From Glaciihabitans sp. (GTDB lineage: Bacteria > Actinomycetota > Actinomycetes > Actinomycetales > Microbacteriaceae): 64,000 nucleotides of DNA. A model generated the notes under the pieces. It ran no database searches. It was not told the origin of the DNA and saw only the letters and a list, made by a program, of their open reading frames with translations. The position numbers were made by a program, and so were the translations under genes. The DNA is taken from NCBI GenBank assembly GCA_025465535.1, contig JAODMY010000096.1, positions 1,841 to 65,840 of the forward strand, given 5' to 3'. Shown one piece after another: positions 53,656 to 63,281 of the stretch; within the stretch, counting starts at the first letter, position 1; every line of letters begins with the position of its first letter.

Positions 53656-56600
53656 GCACGCCGCTCGACCGCTTCTCCCCCGCCACCCGCGACTGGTTCG
53701 CGGGCGCCTTCAGCGAGCCAACCGCGGCACAGGCCGGGGCCTGGGATGCGATCAGCTCCGGCTCGCACGCGCTCGTGGTCGCGCCAACCGGCTCGGGTAA
53801 AACCCTCGCTGCGTTCCTCTGGTCGATCGATCGACTCATTGCGGCTCCTGTCGCCGATCCTGATCCCCGCAAGCGCACGCGCGTCCTCTACATTTCTCCG
53901 CTCAAAGCGTTGGGCGTCGATGTCGAGCGAAACCTCCGGGCCCCGCTTGTCGGCGTCACGCAGACCGCGAAGCGCCTTGGGCTCCCCGCGCCGGAGGTCA
54001 CGGTCGGGGTGCGCTCGGGCGATACCTCGACGCAGGATCGGCGGCTGTTGGCGCGACTTCCGCCGGACATCCTGATCACGACGCCCGAGTCGCTGTACCT
54101 GATGCTCACCTCGTCGGCGCGGGAAACGCTGGTGAACGTCGACACGGTGATCGTGGATGAGGTCCACGCGGTCGCCGCCACCAAGCGCGGCGCACACCTC
54201 GCCGTTTCGCTGGAGCGACTGGATGCCCTGCTCGCGAAGCCGGCACAGCGGATCGGCCTCTCCGCGACGGTTCGCCCGCGCGAGGAGGTCGCACGCTTCC
54301 TCGGCGGTCGCGCGCCCGTCACGATCGTCGCGCCGCCATCCGGCAAGCGGTTCGACCTGACGGTCGTGGTTCCGGTCGATGACATGACAGAACTCGGCAC
54401 GGCGCCGCGGCCCGACGACTCGACCGGCGCTCCGCAGCATGGATCGATCTGGCCGCACGTCGAGGAGCGGATCGTCGATCTCATCCTCGAGCACCGTTCG
54501 ACCATCGTGTTCGCCAACTCGAGGCGCCTCGCGGAGCGGCTGACCGGGCGGCTGAACGAGATCTACGAGGAACGAATGGCACCGGTCGAACCGGAGCTCG
54601 TTGACGCGGCGAACGTATCGACCTCCTTTGCAGTCTCAGCCGGTGCCGTGGTCGCGGAACCGCTTCGCGCTTCCCCTGGTTCCACCGGGCTGTTGGCTCG
54701 GGCCCACCACGGATCGGTGAGCAAAGACCAGCGCGCGATCATCGAGGACGACCTGAAATCGGGCCGCCTGCGCTGCGTCGTGGCAACCTCATCCCTCGAG
54801 CTCGGCATCGACATGGGCGAGGTCGACCTTGTGGTGCAGGTCGAGTCACCGCCGTCGGTCGCGAGCGGCTTGCAACGCGTGGGCCGTGCCGGTCACCAGG
54901 TCGGCGAGATCTCGCGCGGCGTGCTGTTTCCGAAGCACCGCGCCGATCTCATCCACACCGCCGTGGTGAGCGAGCGGATGGTCGAAGGCGCGATCGAGGC
55001 GCTGTCGATTCCGCAGAATCCTCTCGATATTCTTGCGCAGCAGACCGTCGCCGCCGTCGCGCTCGAACCCGTGGACATCGAGGTCTGGTGGCAGACGATT
55101 CGCAGGAGTGCGCCTTTCGCGACCCTGCCGCGGAGTGCATTCGAGGCGACGCTTGACCTCCTGAGCGGACTGTATCCGAGTGACGAGTTTGCCGAACTTC
55201 GACCGCGCATCGTCTGGGATCGCGTCGGCGGAACCCTGACCGGCCGGCCCGGCGCACAACGGCTCGCGGTGACGAGTGGCGGCACGATCCCCGACCGCGG
55301 ACTGTTCGGGGTGTACATGGTCGGTGGCTCGACGAATGGATCGGGCGACTCGAGTTCCAGCTCTGGCGGCGGTGGCCGGGTCGGGGAACTCGACGAGGAG
55401 ATGGTCTACGAGTCGCGGGTCGGTGACGTTTTCGCACTCGGCGCGACGAGCTGGCGCATCGAGGACATCACGCACGATCGGGTGCTCGTGACACCCGCTT
55501 ATGGCCAGCCGGGCCGCGTGCCTTTTTGGAAGGGCGACGGGCTCGGCAGGCCCGCGGAACTCGGCGAGGCAATCGGGACCTTCATCAGGGAAGTGTCAAC
55601 GAGTGCCGCGGATGCCGCCATCGAACGGGTGCGCGCCGGCGGGCTCGACGATCGCGCGGTCACCAACCTCGTCGCATTCATCGCCGAGCAGAAGGTCGCA
55701 ACGGGACACGTCCCCACAGATAGGACCCTCGTCGTCGAACGCTTCCGCGACGAGCTCGGCGACTGGCGCGTCGTATTACATTCCCCTTACGGCATGCAAG
55801 TTCATTCGCCATGGGCGCTGGCCGTGACCGCCCGCGTGCGGGAGCGTTATGGGTACGATGGCGCCGCGGTCGCGGCCGACGATGGCATCCTCGTACGACT
55901 GCCGGACACCGACGCGGAACCGCCGGGAGCCGAACTTTTCGTGTTCGAGTCGAGCGAACTCGAGCAGCTCGTGACCGATGAGGTCGGCGGCTCCGCGCTG
56001 TTCGCCTCCCGCTTCCGGGAGTGCGCGGCGCGGGCGCTGCTACTCCCGCGGTACAACCCCGGTAAGCGTTCGCCGCTCTGGCAACAGCGCCAGCGCGCAT
56101 CCCAGCTGCTGCAGGTTGCGAGCAAGTACCCGAGCTTCCCGATCGTGCTCGAGACCGTGCGCGAGGTGCTCCAGGACGTATACGACCTGCCGTCGCTCAT
56201 GTCGCTGACGGCGCGGATAGCGAACCGCAGCATCCGCATAGTCGAGACCGAAACCGAGTCGGCATCGCCGTTCGCGAGGTCGCTGCTTTTTGGATATGTC
56301 GCTGCGTTCATGTACGAGGGCGACTCTCCTCTTGCCGAGCGTCGGGCCGCGGCGCTCAGCCTCGACGCGACACTTCTCGCGGAACTGCTCGGGCGTGCCG
56401 AGCTGCGCGAGCTGCTCGACCCGAAGGTGCTCGAACAGACCGAGCTCGAATTGCAGCGTCTCGCTCTCGACCGGAAGGCGAAGGACGCCGAAGGAGTGGT
56501 CGACCTGCTGCGAGTGCTCGGGCCGCTGTCGCCGCAGGAGATCGTTGCACGGGTTGCCACGCTCTCCGAGGCACGCGAAGATCCCGTGCCCGGCTGGCTC

Positions 56601-58334
56601 GACGAGCTCACCCGCACCCACCGCATCCTCCCGGTCCGGATCGCCGGAGACGACCGCTTCGCCATCATCGAAGACGCGAGTCGCCTTCGGGATGCGCTCG
56701 GTGTCCCGCTGCCCATCGGCGTCCCGACCGCGTTCATCGAGCCCGTCGCCGACCCCGTCGGCGACCTCGTCAGCAGGTACGCGAGAACCCACGGGCCCTT
56801 CACCGCGGCGGCTGTCGCCGACCGATTCGGCCTCGGGATCGCGGTGGTACTCGACTCCCTCAGGCGGCTGGGCAGCGAGCGTCGAGTCATCGAGGGCGAG
56901 TTCCGGCCGGGCGCGACGGGAAGCGAATGGGTGGATGCCGAGATCCTGCGCCGCCTTCGCAGCCGCTCGCTCGCAGCGCTTCGACACGAGGTCGAGCCGG
57001 TCTCGCACGACACGCTCGGACGCTTCCTGCCGGTCTGGCAGCACGTGTTTGATGGTCACAGTGGTGGTGGGCACAGTGTCGGCGGGCACAGTGGTGGCAC
57101 CCTCAAGGGCATCGACGGTCTGGTCCAGGTGATCGACCAGCTCGGCGGGGTCGCGCTGCCGGCATCCGCCTGGGAGACGCTCGTGCTGCCGGCGCGACTG
57201 CGCGACTATTCACAGGCGTGGCTCGACGAGTTGACGGTGACGGGCGAGGTGTTGTGGTCGGGAGCCGGGGCGCTGCCGGGCAGCGACGGGTGGGTGAGCC
57301 TCCACCTCGCGGAGTCCGCGCCGATCACGCTCGCCGCCCCGCAGGATGTCGAGACGACCGAGCTGCAGCGCGAGATCCTCGTCGCGCTGGCCGGTGGGGG
57401 CGCCTACTTCTTTCGCCAGCTGGGCACCGCCGTCGGATCGATGGATGACGGCGAACTCGCGACCGCGCTCTGGGACCTGCTCTGGGCCGGGCTCATCACG
57501 AACGACACGTTTGCCCCGCTGCGCGCATTTCTCGGAGGCAAAGCCGCGCCGAAACGGGCGCCGCGCACGCGGGCTTATCGCGGTCGGGCGCATCCGCTCC
57601 TGCCCTCCCAGTCCGGCCCACCAACCGTCGGCGGACGCTGGTCGCTGCTGCCACTGGCCGAGGGGGATACGACGGTCCGCGCGAAGGCCACCGCTGAGCT
57701 CTTGCTCGAGCGGCACGGCGTCGTGACGCGCGGAGCGGTCACGAGCGAGGGAATCCGAGGCGGATTCGCACTGGCCTACAAGGTGCTCAGCACGTTCGAG
57801 GAGACCGGCAGAGCCCGGCGTGGCTACTTCGTCGAGGGCCTGGGCGGCGCGCAGTTCGCGACCGGCGCGACCGTCGACCGGCTGCGGCAGTTCGTCCGGG
57901 ATGACGACGCGAATCTCGATCCGGTCGGCCTCACCCTCGCGGCAACCGACCCCGCAAATCCGTACGGCGCGGCACTGGCCTGGCCGCGCCAGCGTGGATC
58001 AGGAAGCCAAGGTGGATCGGGCGAACCCGGCGAGCTGGACGACGCCAGAACCGGCCACCGGCCGGGACGAAAGGCGGGTGCGCTGGTCGTCCTCGTTGAC
58101 GGCTTCCTCGCCCTCTACGTCGAGCGAGGCGGCAAGACCGTCCTCACCTTCACGGACGACGAGAGGATGCTTGCCGCCGCCGCTACCTCCCTCGCATCCG
58201 CGGTGCGCACCGGCCTCGGCCGCCTCCGTATCGAGCGCGTCAACGGCGAGTTCTCCATCGGCACCCCGTTCGGCCGGCTCCTTGCCGATGCCGGCTTCGC
58301 GGCGACACCGCAGGGCCTCCGTCTGCGTGGTTGA
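53652..58334 (+). CDS. lhr: Lhr-family large ATP-dependent DNA helicase
   Basis: 1560 aa with an ATGA overlap with the upstream gene. N-terminus FSPATRDWFAGAFSEPTAAQAGAW...APTGSGKTLAAF, then DEVH, with a long Lhr-type C-terminal extension. Confidence 0.95.
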   Translation: MSTPLDRFSPATRDWFAGAFSEPTAAQAGAWDAISSGSHALVVAPTGSGKTLAAFLWSIDRLIAAPVADPDPRKRTRVLYISPLKALGVDVERNLRAPLVGVTQTAKRLGLPAPEVTVGVRSGDTSTQDRRLLARLPPDILITTPESLYLMLTSSARETLVNVDTVIVDEVHAVAATKRGAHLAVSLERLDALLAKPAQRIGLSATVRPREEVARFLGGRAPVTIVAPPSGKRFDLTVVVPVDDMTELGTAPRPDDSTGAPQHGSIWPHVEERIVDLILEHRSTIVFANSRRLAERLTGRLNEIYEERMAPVEPELVDAANVSTSFAVSAGAVVAEPLRASPGSTGLLARAHHGSVSKDQRAIIEDDLKSGRLRCVVATSSLELGIDMGEVDLVVQVESPPSVASGLQRVGRAGHQVGEISRGVLFPKHRADLIHTAVVSERMVEGAIEALSIPQNPLDILAQQTVAAVALEPVDIEVWWQTIRRSAPFATLPRSAFEATLDLLSGLYPSDEFAELRPRIVWDRVGGTLTGRPGAQRLAVTSGGTIPDRGLFGVYMVGGSTNGSGDSSSSSGGGGRVGELDEEMVYESRVGDVFALGATSWRIEDITHDRVLVTPAYGQPGRVPFWKGDGLGRPAELGEAIGTFIREVSTSAADAAIERVRAGGLDDRAVTNLVAFIAEQKVATGHVPTDRTLVVERFRDELGDWRVVLHSPYGMQVHSPWALAVTARVRERYGYDGAAVAADDGILVRLPDTDAEPPGAELFVFESSELEQLVTDEVGGSALFASRFRECAARALLLPRYNPGKRSPLWQQRQRASQLLQVASKYPSFPIVLETVREVLQDVYDLPSLMSLTARIANRSIRIVETETESASPFARSLLFGYVAAFMYEGDSPLAERRAAALSLDATLLAELLGRAELRELLDPKVLEQTELELQRLALDRKAKDAEGVVDLLRVLGPLSPQEIVARVATLSEAREDPVPGWLDELTRTHRILPVRIAGDDRFAIIEDASRLRDALGVPLPIGVPTAFIEPVADPVGDLVSRYARTHGPFTAAAVADRFGLGIAVVLDSLRRLGSERRVIEGEFRPGATGSEWVDAEILRRLRSRSLAALRHEVEPVSHDTLGRFLPVWQHVFDGHSGGGHSVGGHSGGTLKGIDGLVQVIDQLGGVALPASAWETLVLPARLRDYSQAWLDELTVTGEVLWSGAGALPGSDGWVSLHLAESAPITLAAPQDVETTELQREILVALAGGGAYFFRQLGTAVGSMDDGELATALWDLLWAGLITNDTFAPLRAFLGGKAAPKRAPRTRAYRGRAHPLLPSQSGPPTVGGRWSLLPLAEGDTTVRAKATAELLLERHGVVTRGAVTSEGIRGGFALAYKVLSTFEETGRARRGYFVEGLGGAQFATGATVDRLRQFVRDDDANLDPVGLTLAATDPANPYGAALAWPRQRGSGSQGGSGEPGELDDARTGHRPGRKAGALVVLVDGFLALYVERGGKTVLTFTDDERMLAAAATSLASAVRTGLGRLRIERVNGEFSIGTPFGRLLADAGFAATPQGLRLRG

Positions 58335-58443
58335 AAGGCTGCACGCCGAAGCGCAACAGTGCGCCCGTTTGTTGTCCATGCGGTGGTTACAGCCGGCGCA
58401 CCGATAACAAAACGGCGCACCGACGAACCTGCACCGACGGGCA

Positions 58444-60462
58444 CTACCGCGTCATGATCCAGGCGAGCAGGTAGCTGCGGGAGTCGGCGTCGTCGATGAA
58501 CTTGTCCGGCAGTTGCCGGGCTTTGGCGAGTGCCGCGGCGGCGCTCGCCCTTCCCTCGAGGGCCGAGTACATCAGCAGGTAGTCGCCGAATTGCACGTCG
58601 TACCCATTGGGCGCTGCTTCGGCAATATTCTTTGCGATTCGTTTCGAGTCCCCGGCGAGATAGCCGGACGCCGGACTCATCGGAATGAGCTGGATCCCGA
58701 GCTTGGCACTCGCATCCGCGCTGAACCAGCTCGCGTAGTCCCGCTTTCCGCCCCAGTTGATACCGACGACACCGTGCTGGTACCCGGAGTAGACGGGGTC
58801 CGCGGTATTGAAATTGGTCCAGTACGCCGTGGCGGAAGCGGCCTCGGCGGAGAGCATCCAGTTGGCCTCCGTCTCGAGGGCGGCATTCTTGGTGGTCGCC
58901 GCCCAGAGGGAAAGGCCGTTCCAGGCGTCGACTGCCTCGGAGCTCGATTCCTGGTTATTTCCATCGGCGAACGGGGCGTATCCGGATGCCCAGGAGTGGC
59001 CGGCGTACGCATCGAACGTCCGTCGCTCCGGGAACGAGCTCGACCCGCCCGACGACGCGAGATCCGCGGCCAACAGGTTGATGACGGGTTCGATGCGACT
59101 GGTCACGGATGGCTCGTATCGTGCCGCGACGCTCGCGGCATAGAGGAAGTAGCCGTAGTGGAAGTGGTGATCGTTGAACTGGTCGGAACCAAAGGATGCC
59201 GTCAGCCCCACGATCCCCTTCGCCTTCGGGTCGTACACGAAGCACTGGCTTGACCGGGACACGCAACCGTTGGGGGTCGTCCATTTCTCGAGCGCGGCGT
59301 CGAGTTTCTTCTGCACCGTGGCTGCCGCGGCGGTGTCCCCGATCGCATGGGCGACGGAAAGGAGGTTAGCGAGCCGGTACAGTGCCTTGCCGCCGAAGTA
59401 GCTGTCCGCAGGAAGCGACTTGGTGGACTGGATGTCCCGGCTCAGCTGGTCCCGAAGCACCGACTTATCGGAGTCGCTCAGCCGGGCGGAGTCGAGAGAC
59501 GAGGATGCGGTGACGCGAGGCGAATCCCACGACAGCACCGGCCCTCGGCACAGCGAGAGTGTCCCGTAGATCGAGGGATAACTGCCGAGCGCGCAGGACT
59601 TCGGTGCCCTGAGCTCGGCGCTCTGGTGCGGCATGGCGGCAACAAGGGTCTTCCCGACCGAGTGATAGGTGAGCGTCGTCGACGCCCGCTTTCCGGAGAC
59701 GGAGTACCCGAGCGAGACGGATTTCAGCGCCGACACCTGGGGGGCGAGGTGCGCTGCATCCGAGCCGTGCGGTACGGCGAACCAGACCGCGGTCTGTCCC
59801 TTCGCCAGGTGCAGGGCGGCGCCATCCACCTTTCCCTTTGTCAGCAGCCCATAGCTCGAGCCGCCCGCACTCGTTTCGAACAATCCAGCACCGGAGGACT
59901 GCGGATTCCCCCCAAGCTCCAGCGTGCTCGCACGCTCAGCGGTGTAGCTGACCACCGGAGAACCCTCGGCAATCACCACCGAGCCAATCGTGGCTCCGTC
60001 GGCACTCTTCTGGGCGATCGTGACCGAGGCTTCGTCGTACGCGGTGATCTCGCTCGAGACGGAAGCATTGCCGATCGATATAGCGGGGGAAAACTCGCCC
60101 GTGATGGTGTCCGCGCTCGTCGTCACCGCTGGCACACCAAAGGCAAACCCCGTGCCCGTCAGGGCGAATGAGAGCGGAAGAGGAAATACCGGCTGCGGCG
60201 AATTCCCGAAAACGAGGCCCGAGAACCAGCGATTCGTCGGAGGGACCAGCCCCTTCGCGAGCCGCGCCGGCGGCATTGGAGCGACCGACCGATGCGGGAT
60301 GCTCGCGAGCGCCGATCCGAGACCCGGCGTCGCGGGTGGCCCGGACGTCGTTGACGGCCCGGAGGTGCTGCCGCCCGCTCCCGTCGCGCAGCCCGCGACC
60401 AGGGCGAGAACCACCGCGACACCACCAACTGCCAGAAGGGTCGACACGCGTGCGCGCGTCAC
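58444..60462 (-). CDS. GH81-family endo-beta-1,3-glucanase-like lipoprotein
   Basis: 672 aa. Signal peptide plus lipobox LVAGC. GH81-type motifs FNDHHFHYGYFLYAA and DGNNQESSSEAVDAWNGL. Confidence 0.8.
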   Translation of the reverse strand: MTRARVSTLLAVGGVAVVLALVAGCATGAGGSTSGPSTTSGPPATPGLGSALASIPHRSVAPMPPARLAKGLVPPTNRWFSGLVFGNSPQPVFPLPLSFALTGTGFAFGVPAVTTSADTITGEFSPAISIGNASVSSEITAYDEASVTIAQKSADGATIGSVVIAEGSPVVSYTAERASTLELGGNPQSSGAGLFETSAGGSSYGLLTKGKVDGAALHLAKGQTAVWFAVPHGSDAAHLAPQVSALKSVSLGYSVSGKRASTTLTYHSVGKTLVAAMPHQSAELRAPKSCALGSYPSIYGTLSLCRGPVLSWDSPRVTASSSLDSARLSDSDKSVLRDQLSRDIQSTKSLPADSYFGGKALYRLANLLSVAHAIGDTAAAATVQKKLDAALEKWTTPNGCVSRSSQCFVYDPKAKGIVGLTASFGSDQFNDHHFHYGYFLYAASVAARYEPSVTSRIEPVINLLAADLASSGGSSSFPERRTFDAYAGHSWASGYAPFADGNNQESSSEAVDAWNGLSLWAATTKNAALETEANWMLSAEAASATAYWTNFNTADPVYSGYQHGVVGINWGGKRDYASWFSADASAKLGIQLIPMSPASGYLAGDSKRIAKNIAEAAPNGYDVQFGDYLLMYSALEGRASAAAALAKARQLPDKFIDDADSRSYLLAWIMTR

Positions 60463-61190
60463 AGTCCCATCTTTTCCAGGAGACCAACGAAGCCCTCTTT
60501 GAGCCCGGCCAGTGGGCCGTTGTCCCGCAGGTGCAGGTTGGCGGTCACGGGAGTGCCGGGAGCGACAAGACCGTCATGCGTCCCGGTCACCAGCTGGGAG
60601 CTGTGCACCTCGATGCTCGCGTCGGCCTTGCCCCCGATAGTCGTCACGTCAATGCGTGTGACCGTTCCGGCCAGTCGCTGCTGGTTCGGAAGGATGAGGT
60701 CGACGACCGCGCCCTTCTCGACCCGCGAGAAATCGTACGGGTCGAGGCGGAAGTCAGCGAGCACGTACAGCGAGCCCTCGCGATCAACTGTCGCGAGCGC
60801 ACTTCCCGCGCTGACGAATCCACCGACGTGCGCCCCGATTCGCGAGACGATGCCCGGCTCGGTCGCAACGAGGGTCATCATTCCAGCTGTTGAGACCTTG
60901 TACGCCGTGCTCTTCGGCACACCCGCGTGCGATTTCTGGTCGCGCAACAGCGTCGCGCTCTGGATGGTGAGGAGCGACTGCCCCTTCTTGACGGAGTCCC
61001 CCTGGTTGGCCTGTTGCGAGACCACGGTCCCGGCGTAGTCGGAGCCGATCGAATAACTCACGGCCCTCACCGAGGCAGAGCTGCTGGCGACCAGGGTCTC
61101 CCGCTGGCTGAGGATGAGGGTGGCGCCGAGAGCGATCGCGACGACCACGACGAGCCCAAGGAGCAGGCGAAAACGATTGGCCCATGTCAT
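60459..61190 (-). CDS. HlyD-family (membrane-fusion/adaptor-like) protein with a minimal hairpin
   Basis: 243 aa. N-terminal TM, split lipoyl-like motifs (GTVVSQQANQGDSVKKGQSLLTI and PGIVSRIGAHVGGFVSAGSALATV), and a beta-barrel segment YVLADFRLDPYDFSRVEKGAVVDLIL. It overlaps both neighbours by 4 nt. Confidence 0.7.
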   Translation of the reverse strand: MTWANRFRLLLGLVVVVAIALGATLILSQRETLVASSSASVRAVSYSIGSDYAGTVVSQQANQGDSVKKGQSLLTIQSATLLRDQKSHAGVPKSTAYKVSTAGMMTLVATEPGIVSRIGAHVGGFVSAGSALATVDREGSLYVLADFRLDPYDFSRVEKGAVVDLILPNQQRLAGTVTRIDVTTIGGKADASIEVHSSQLVTGTHDGLVAPGTPVTANLHLRDNGPLAGLKEGFVGLLEKMGL

Positions 61191-62959
61191 GATGCAGTCC
61201 TTCCTGCGCCCTCGAGCACCGTCGGCGAGAATTCGCCTTCGCGGGCCACGGGCGTCGGGTAAGCGTGTGCCGCTCGAGCTGGTTGCGGCACAGGCGGGCG
61301 GGCAAATGTCGGATAGACCATGGGACGCGGTCGACCGGCGAGGCGGGTTCGACGCGATTCACGCATCGCCGCGACGATGAAGACGCCGAGCACGATCGTG
61401 TTCGTGACGTTCCACGCCGTGGCAAGCGTGAGAGTCTCGTGGCCGTAGTCCTTGACGATGCCCACGAGAGAGGTGAGGAACAGGAAGGTGAATATCAGAA
61501 CCTGCGGGATCATGAAGTTGAACGGCGAGACACGTTTTCCGGATGATCCGGTGACGTGCCACTTCTGCTCCTTCCCCGCAAACACGTTGATGAATGCCCG
61601 AAGGTAGATCGGGAAAGACACCGACGCCATCACGAGAGTCTCAAGGCGGAACGAGCCCATCGTGTGGAACGCGAGCAGGATCTGCAGGCCGTAGAAACCG
61701 AGGTAGAAGACCAGCCAGGTCACCCAGGTGACCGTGAGGTTGACCGGTCGGAGGTCGAAGTAGATCTCGAGCGGCGGCACCAGAATCAGAAGCAGGGGTG
61801 TAATCCCGACCAGGTAGTGAGTCGCGGTCACGAAGTACTGCACGCGCTGGTCGATCGATAGCTTCGTGCGCGGGCTGAGCGGGTTGCGCTGCATCAGGAT
61901 TTCGAATCCACCCGAGGCCCACCGGAGCTGCTGCTTCGTGTAGTCCTCGATCGTCTCGGGGGCATCCCCCACCGCGAGAGTGATCGCGATGTAGATCGAC
62001 CGCCATCCGCGCTCGTGCAGGCGGAGCGACGTCCACACATCCTCCGACTTGGAATCGGTGCACATGCCGCCAACGTCCTCGATCGCCGTCCGGCGGAAGA
62101 TGACGTTCGTGCCGACACAGAAGGCCGCGTTGAAGCGATTGCGCCCCGGCTGGATGAACCGATAGAACACGGACTGCATGAAGCCAGCCCCGCGCGAGAC
62201 CAGATGGTGCATGTTGCCGTACGCCTGGGGTGTCTGGACGAACGCGACGTTGTCATCGACAAAGAAGGGAACCGTCTCGTACAGGAAGTCCTCGTCGGGG
62301 ACGAAGTCGGCGTCAAAGATGGCGAAGTAGGCACCGCTGGCAATCCCGAGCGCGTTGTTGATATTGCCGGCCTTTGCGCCGTGGTTGCTGAGCCGACGGA
62401 TGTAGCGCACGCCGAGGTCACCGGCGAGATCCTGCACGGCGTCCGATTGTCCGTCATCCAGGATCCAGGTGATGTGCTTGCCGCGCATGGCCATCGCGGC
62501 GCGCGCGGTGCGCTCGATCTTCTCGAGTGGTTCGCCATAGACCGTGATGAAGACGTCGACGTCGATTTCCTTTTCGGTGAGGAAGATCGGCCACTCCTGC
62601 GGACGGGATCCGGCCCCGGCCCGTTCAATGGCAACGGCATCGAAGAGTCGCTCCTGCGAGTGATGAAACGCGAAGCTGCGCGGATCCTGCCCTCCGCAGA
62701 GGATCGTCCACATCGAAACCAACGCCTGGACCACCAGCACGAGTTCCGCAGTGATCACCAACGAATATGGGAGCCAGTCGCCACGGTTCGCAGGGTTCAG
62801 GAGAAACCCGGTGTAGGTGAGGACGCCGAGCGAGGCGATGACGACGAAGAGGAGGAGGGTCGGCGATTGGGCCGCCGAGTTTTCGATTCGCCGAGCAAGC
62901 GGCGTCGCCTCCGTGCGTCTCGGCCCACGGTAGGGCTTGTCTTTCCAGGTTGTAGCCAT
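61187..62959 (-). CDS. Processive family-2 glycosyltransferase (cellulose/curdlan-synthase-like), no PilZ domain
   Basis: 590 aa. VDVFITVYGEP, ILDDG, FDADFVP, QTPQAYGN, SEDVWTSLRLHERGW (TED-like), QQLRWASGG (QxxRW). Multiple TM helices lie on both sides of the catalytic domain. Confidence 0.9.
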   Translation of the reverse strand: MATTWKDKPYRGPRRTEATPLARRIENSAAQSPTLLLFVVIASLGVLTYTGFLLNPANRGDWLPYSLVITAELVLVVQALVSMWTILCGGQDPRSFAFHHSQERLFDAVAIERAGAGSRPQEWPIFLTEKEIDVDVFITVYGEPLEKIERTARAAMAMRGKHITWILDDGQSDAVQDLAGDLGVRYIRRLSNHGAKAGNINNALGIASGAYFAIFDADFVPDEDFLYETVPFFVDDNVAFVQTPQAYGNMHHLVSRGAGFMQSVFYRFIQPGRNRFNAAFCVGTNVIFRRTAIEDVGGMCTDSKSEDVWTSLRLHERGWRSIYIAITLAVGDAPETIEDYTKQQLRWASGGFEILMQRNPLSPRTKLSIDQRVQYFVTATHYLVGITPLLLILVPPLEIYFDLRPVNLTVTWVTWLVFYLGFYGLQILLAFHTMGSFRLETLVMASVSFPIYLRAFINVFAGKEQKWHVTGSSGKRVSPFNFMIPQVLIFTFLFLTSLVGIVKDYGHETLTLATAWNVTNTIVLGVFIVAAMRESRRTRLAGRPRPMVYPTFARPPVPQPARAAHAYPTPVAREGEFSPTVLEGAGRTAS

Positions 62960-63281
62960 GCGGTGTTGTTCTCCTTTTCCTTGCCGGGCACGAAATAATC
63001 GCGGCCACGGTGATGGCGTTTAGCAGCGACATCGTCGATATCACTGCGGGAGAGGGGTAACCCCTGTTCATCGGCAACGATGAGGCTCCGACTTGCCTGA
63101 ATCCCGGCGCAGGATGCACGGGGCGGCAAGGTCGAAACCAGATGGTTCACTTACAGGCTAAACACACTTTGGCCACCAAAGTCCAGCGATTGGAGGAGAT
63201 CCTGAGGTTCCTTCCCGGTGTTCGGCCAACTCTGGGAAGCTGGTTGCATGTCGCAATCCAGGGTCGCAAGGGCGGGCGATC

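Noticed and set aside
58335-58443. The convergent lhr / GH81 spacer, examined for a terminator.
   Set aside because: It holds only a 5-bp GCGCA/TGCGC stem with a weak T-rich tail and a direct (not inverted) repeat GGCGCACCG x2. That is too weak to annotate.
62960-63281. The 320-nt divergent spacer upstream of the GT2 operon, examined for a c-di-GMP or other riboswitch.
   Set aside because: I found no GEMM-I-like conserved segments (no ...GCAAAGCC... or ACGCACAGGGCAAAC-type strings). I saw only a small AGGGG-TTA-CCCCT hairpin and a possible long-range CCTTGCCG/CGGCAAGG pairing near the SD. That is insufficient to call anything without a covariance-model scan.
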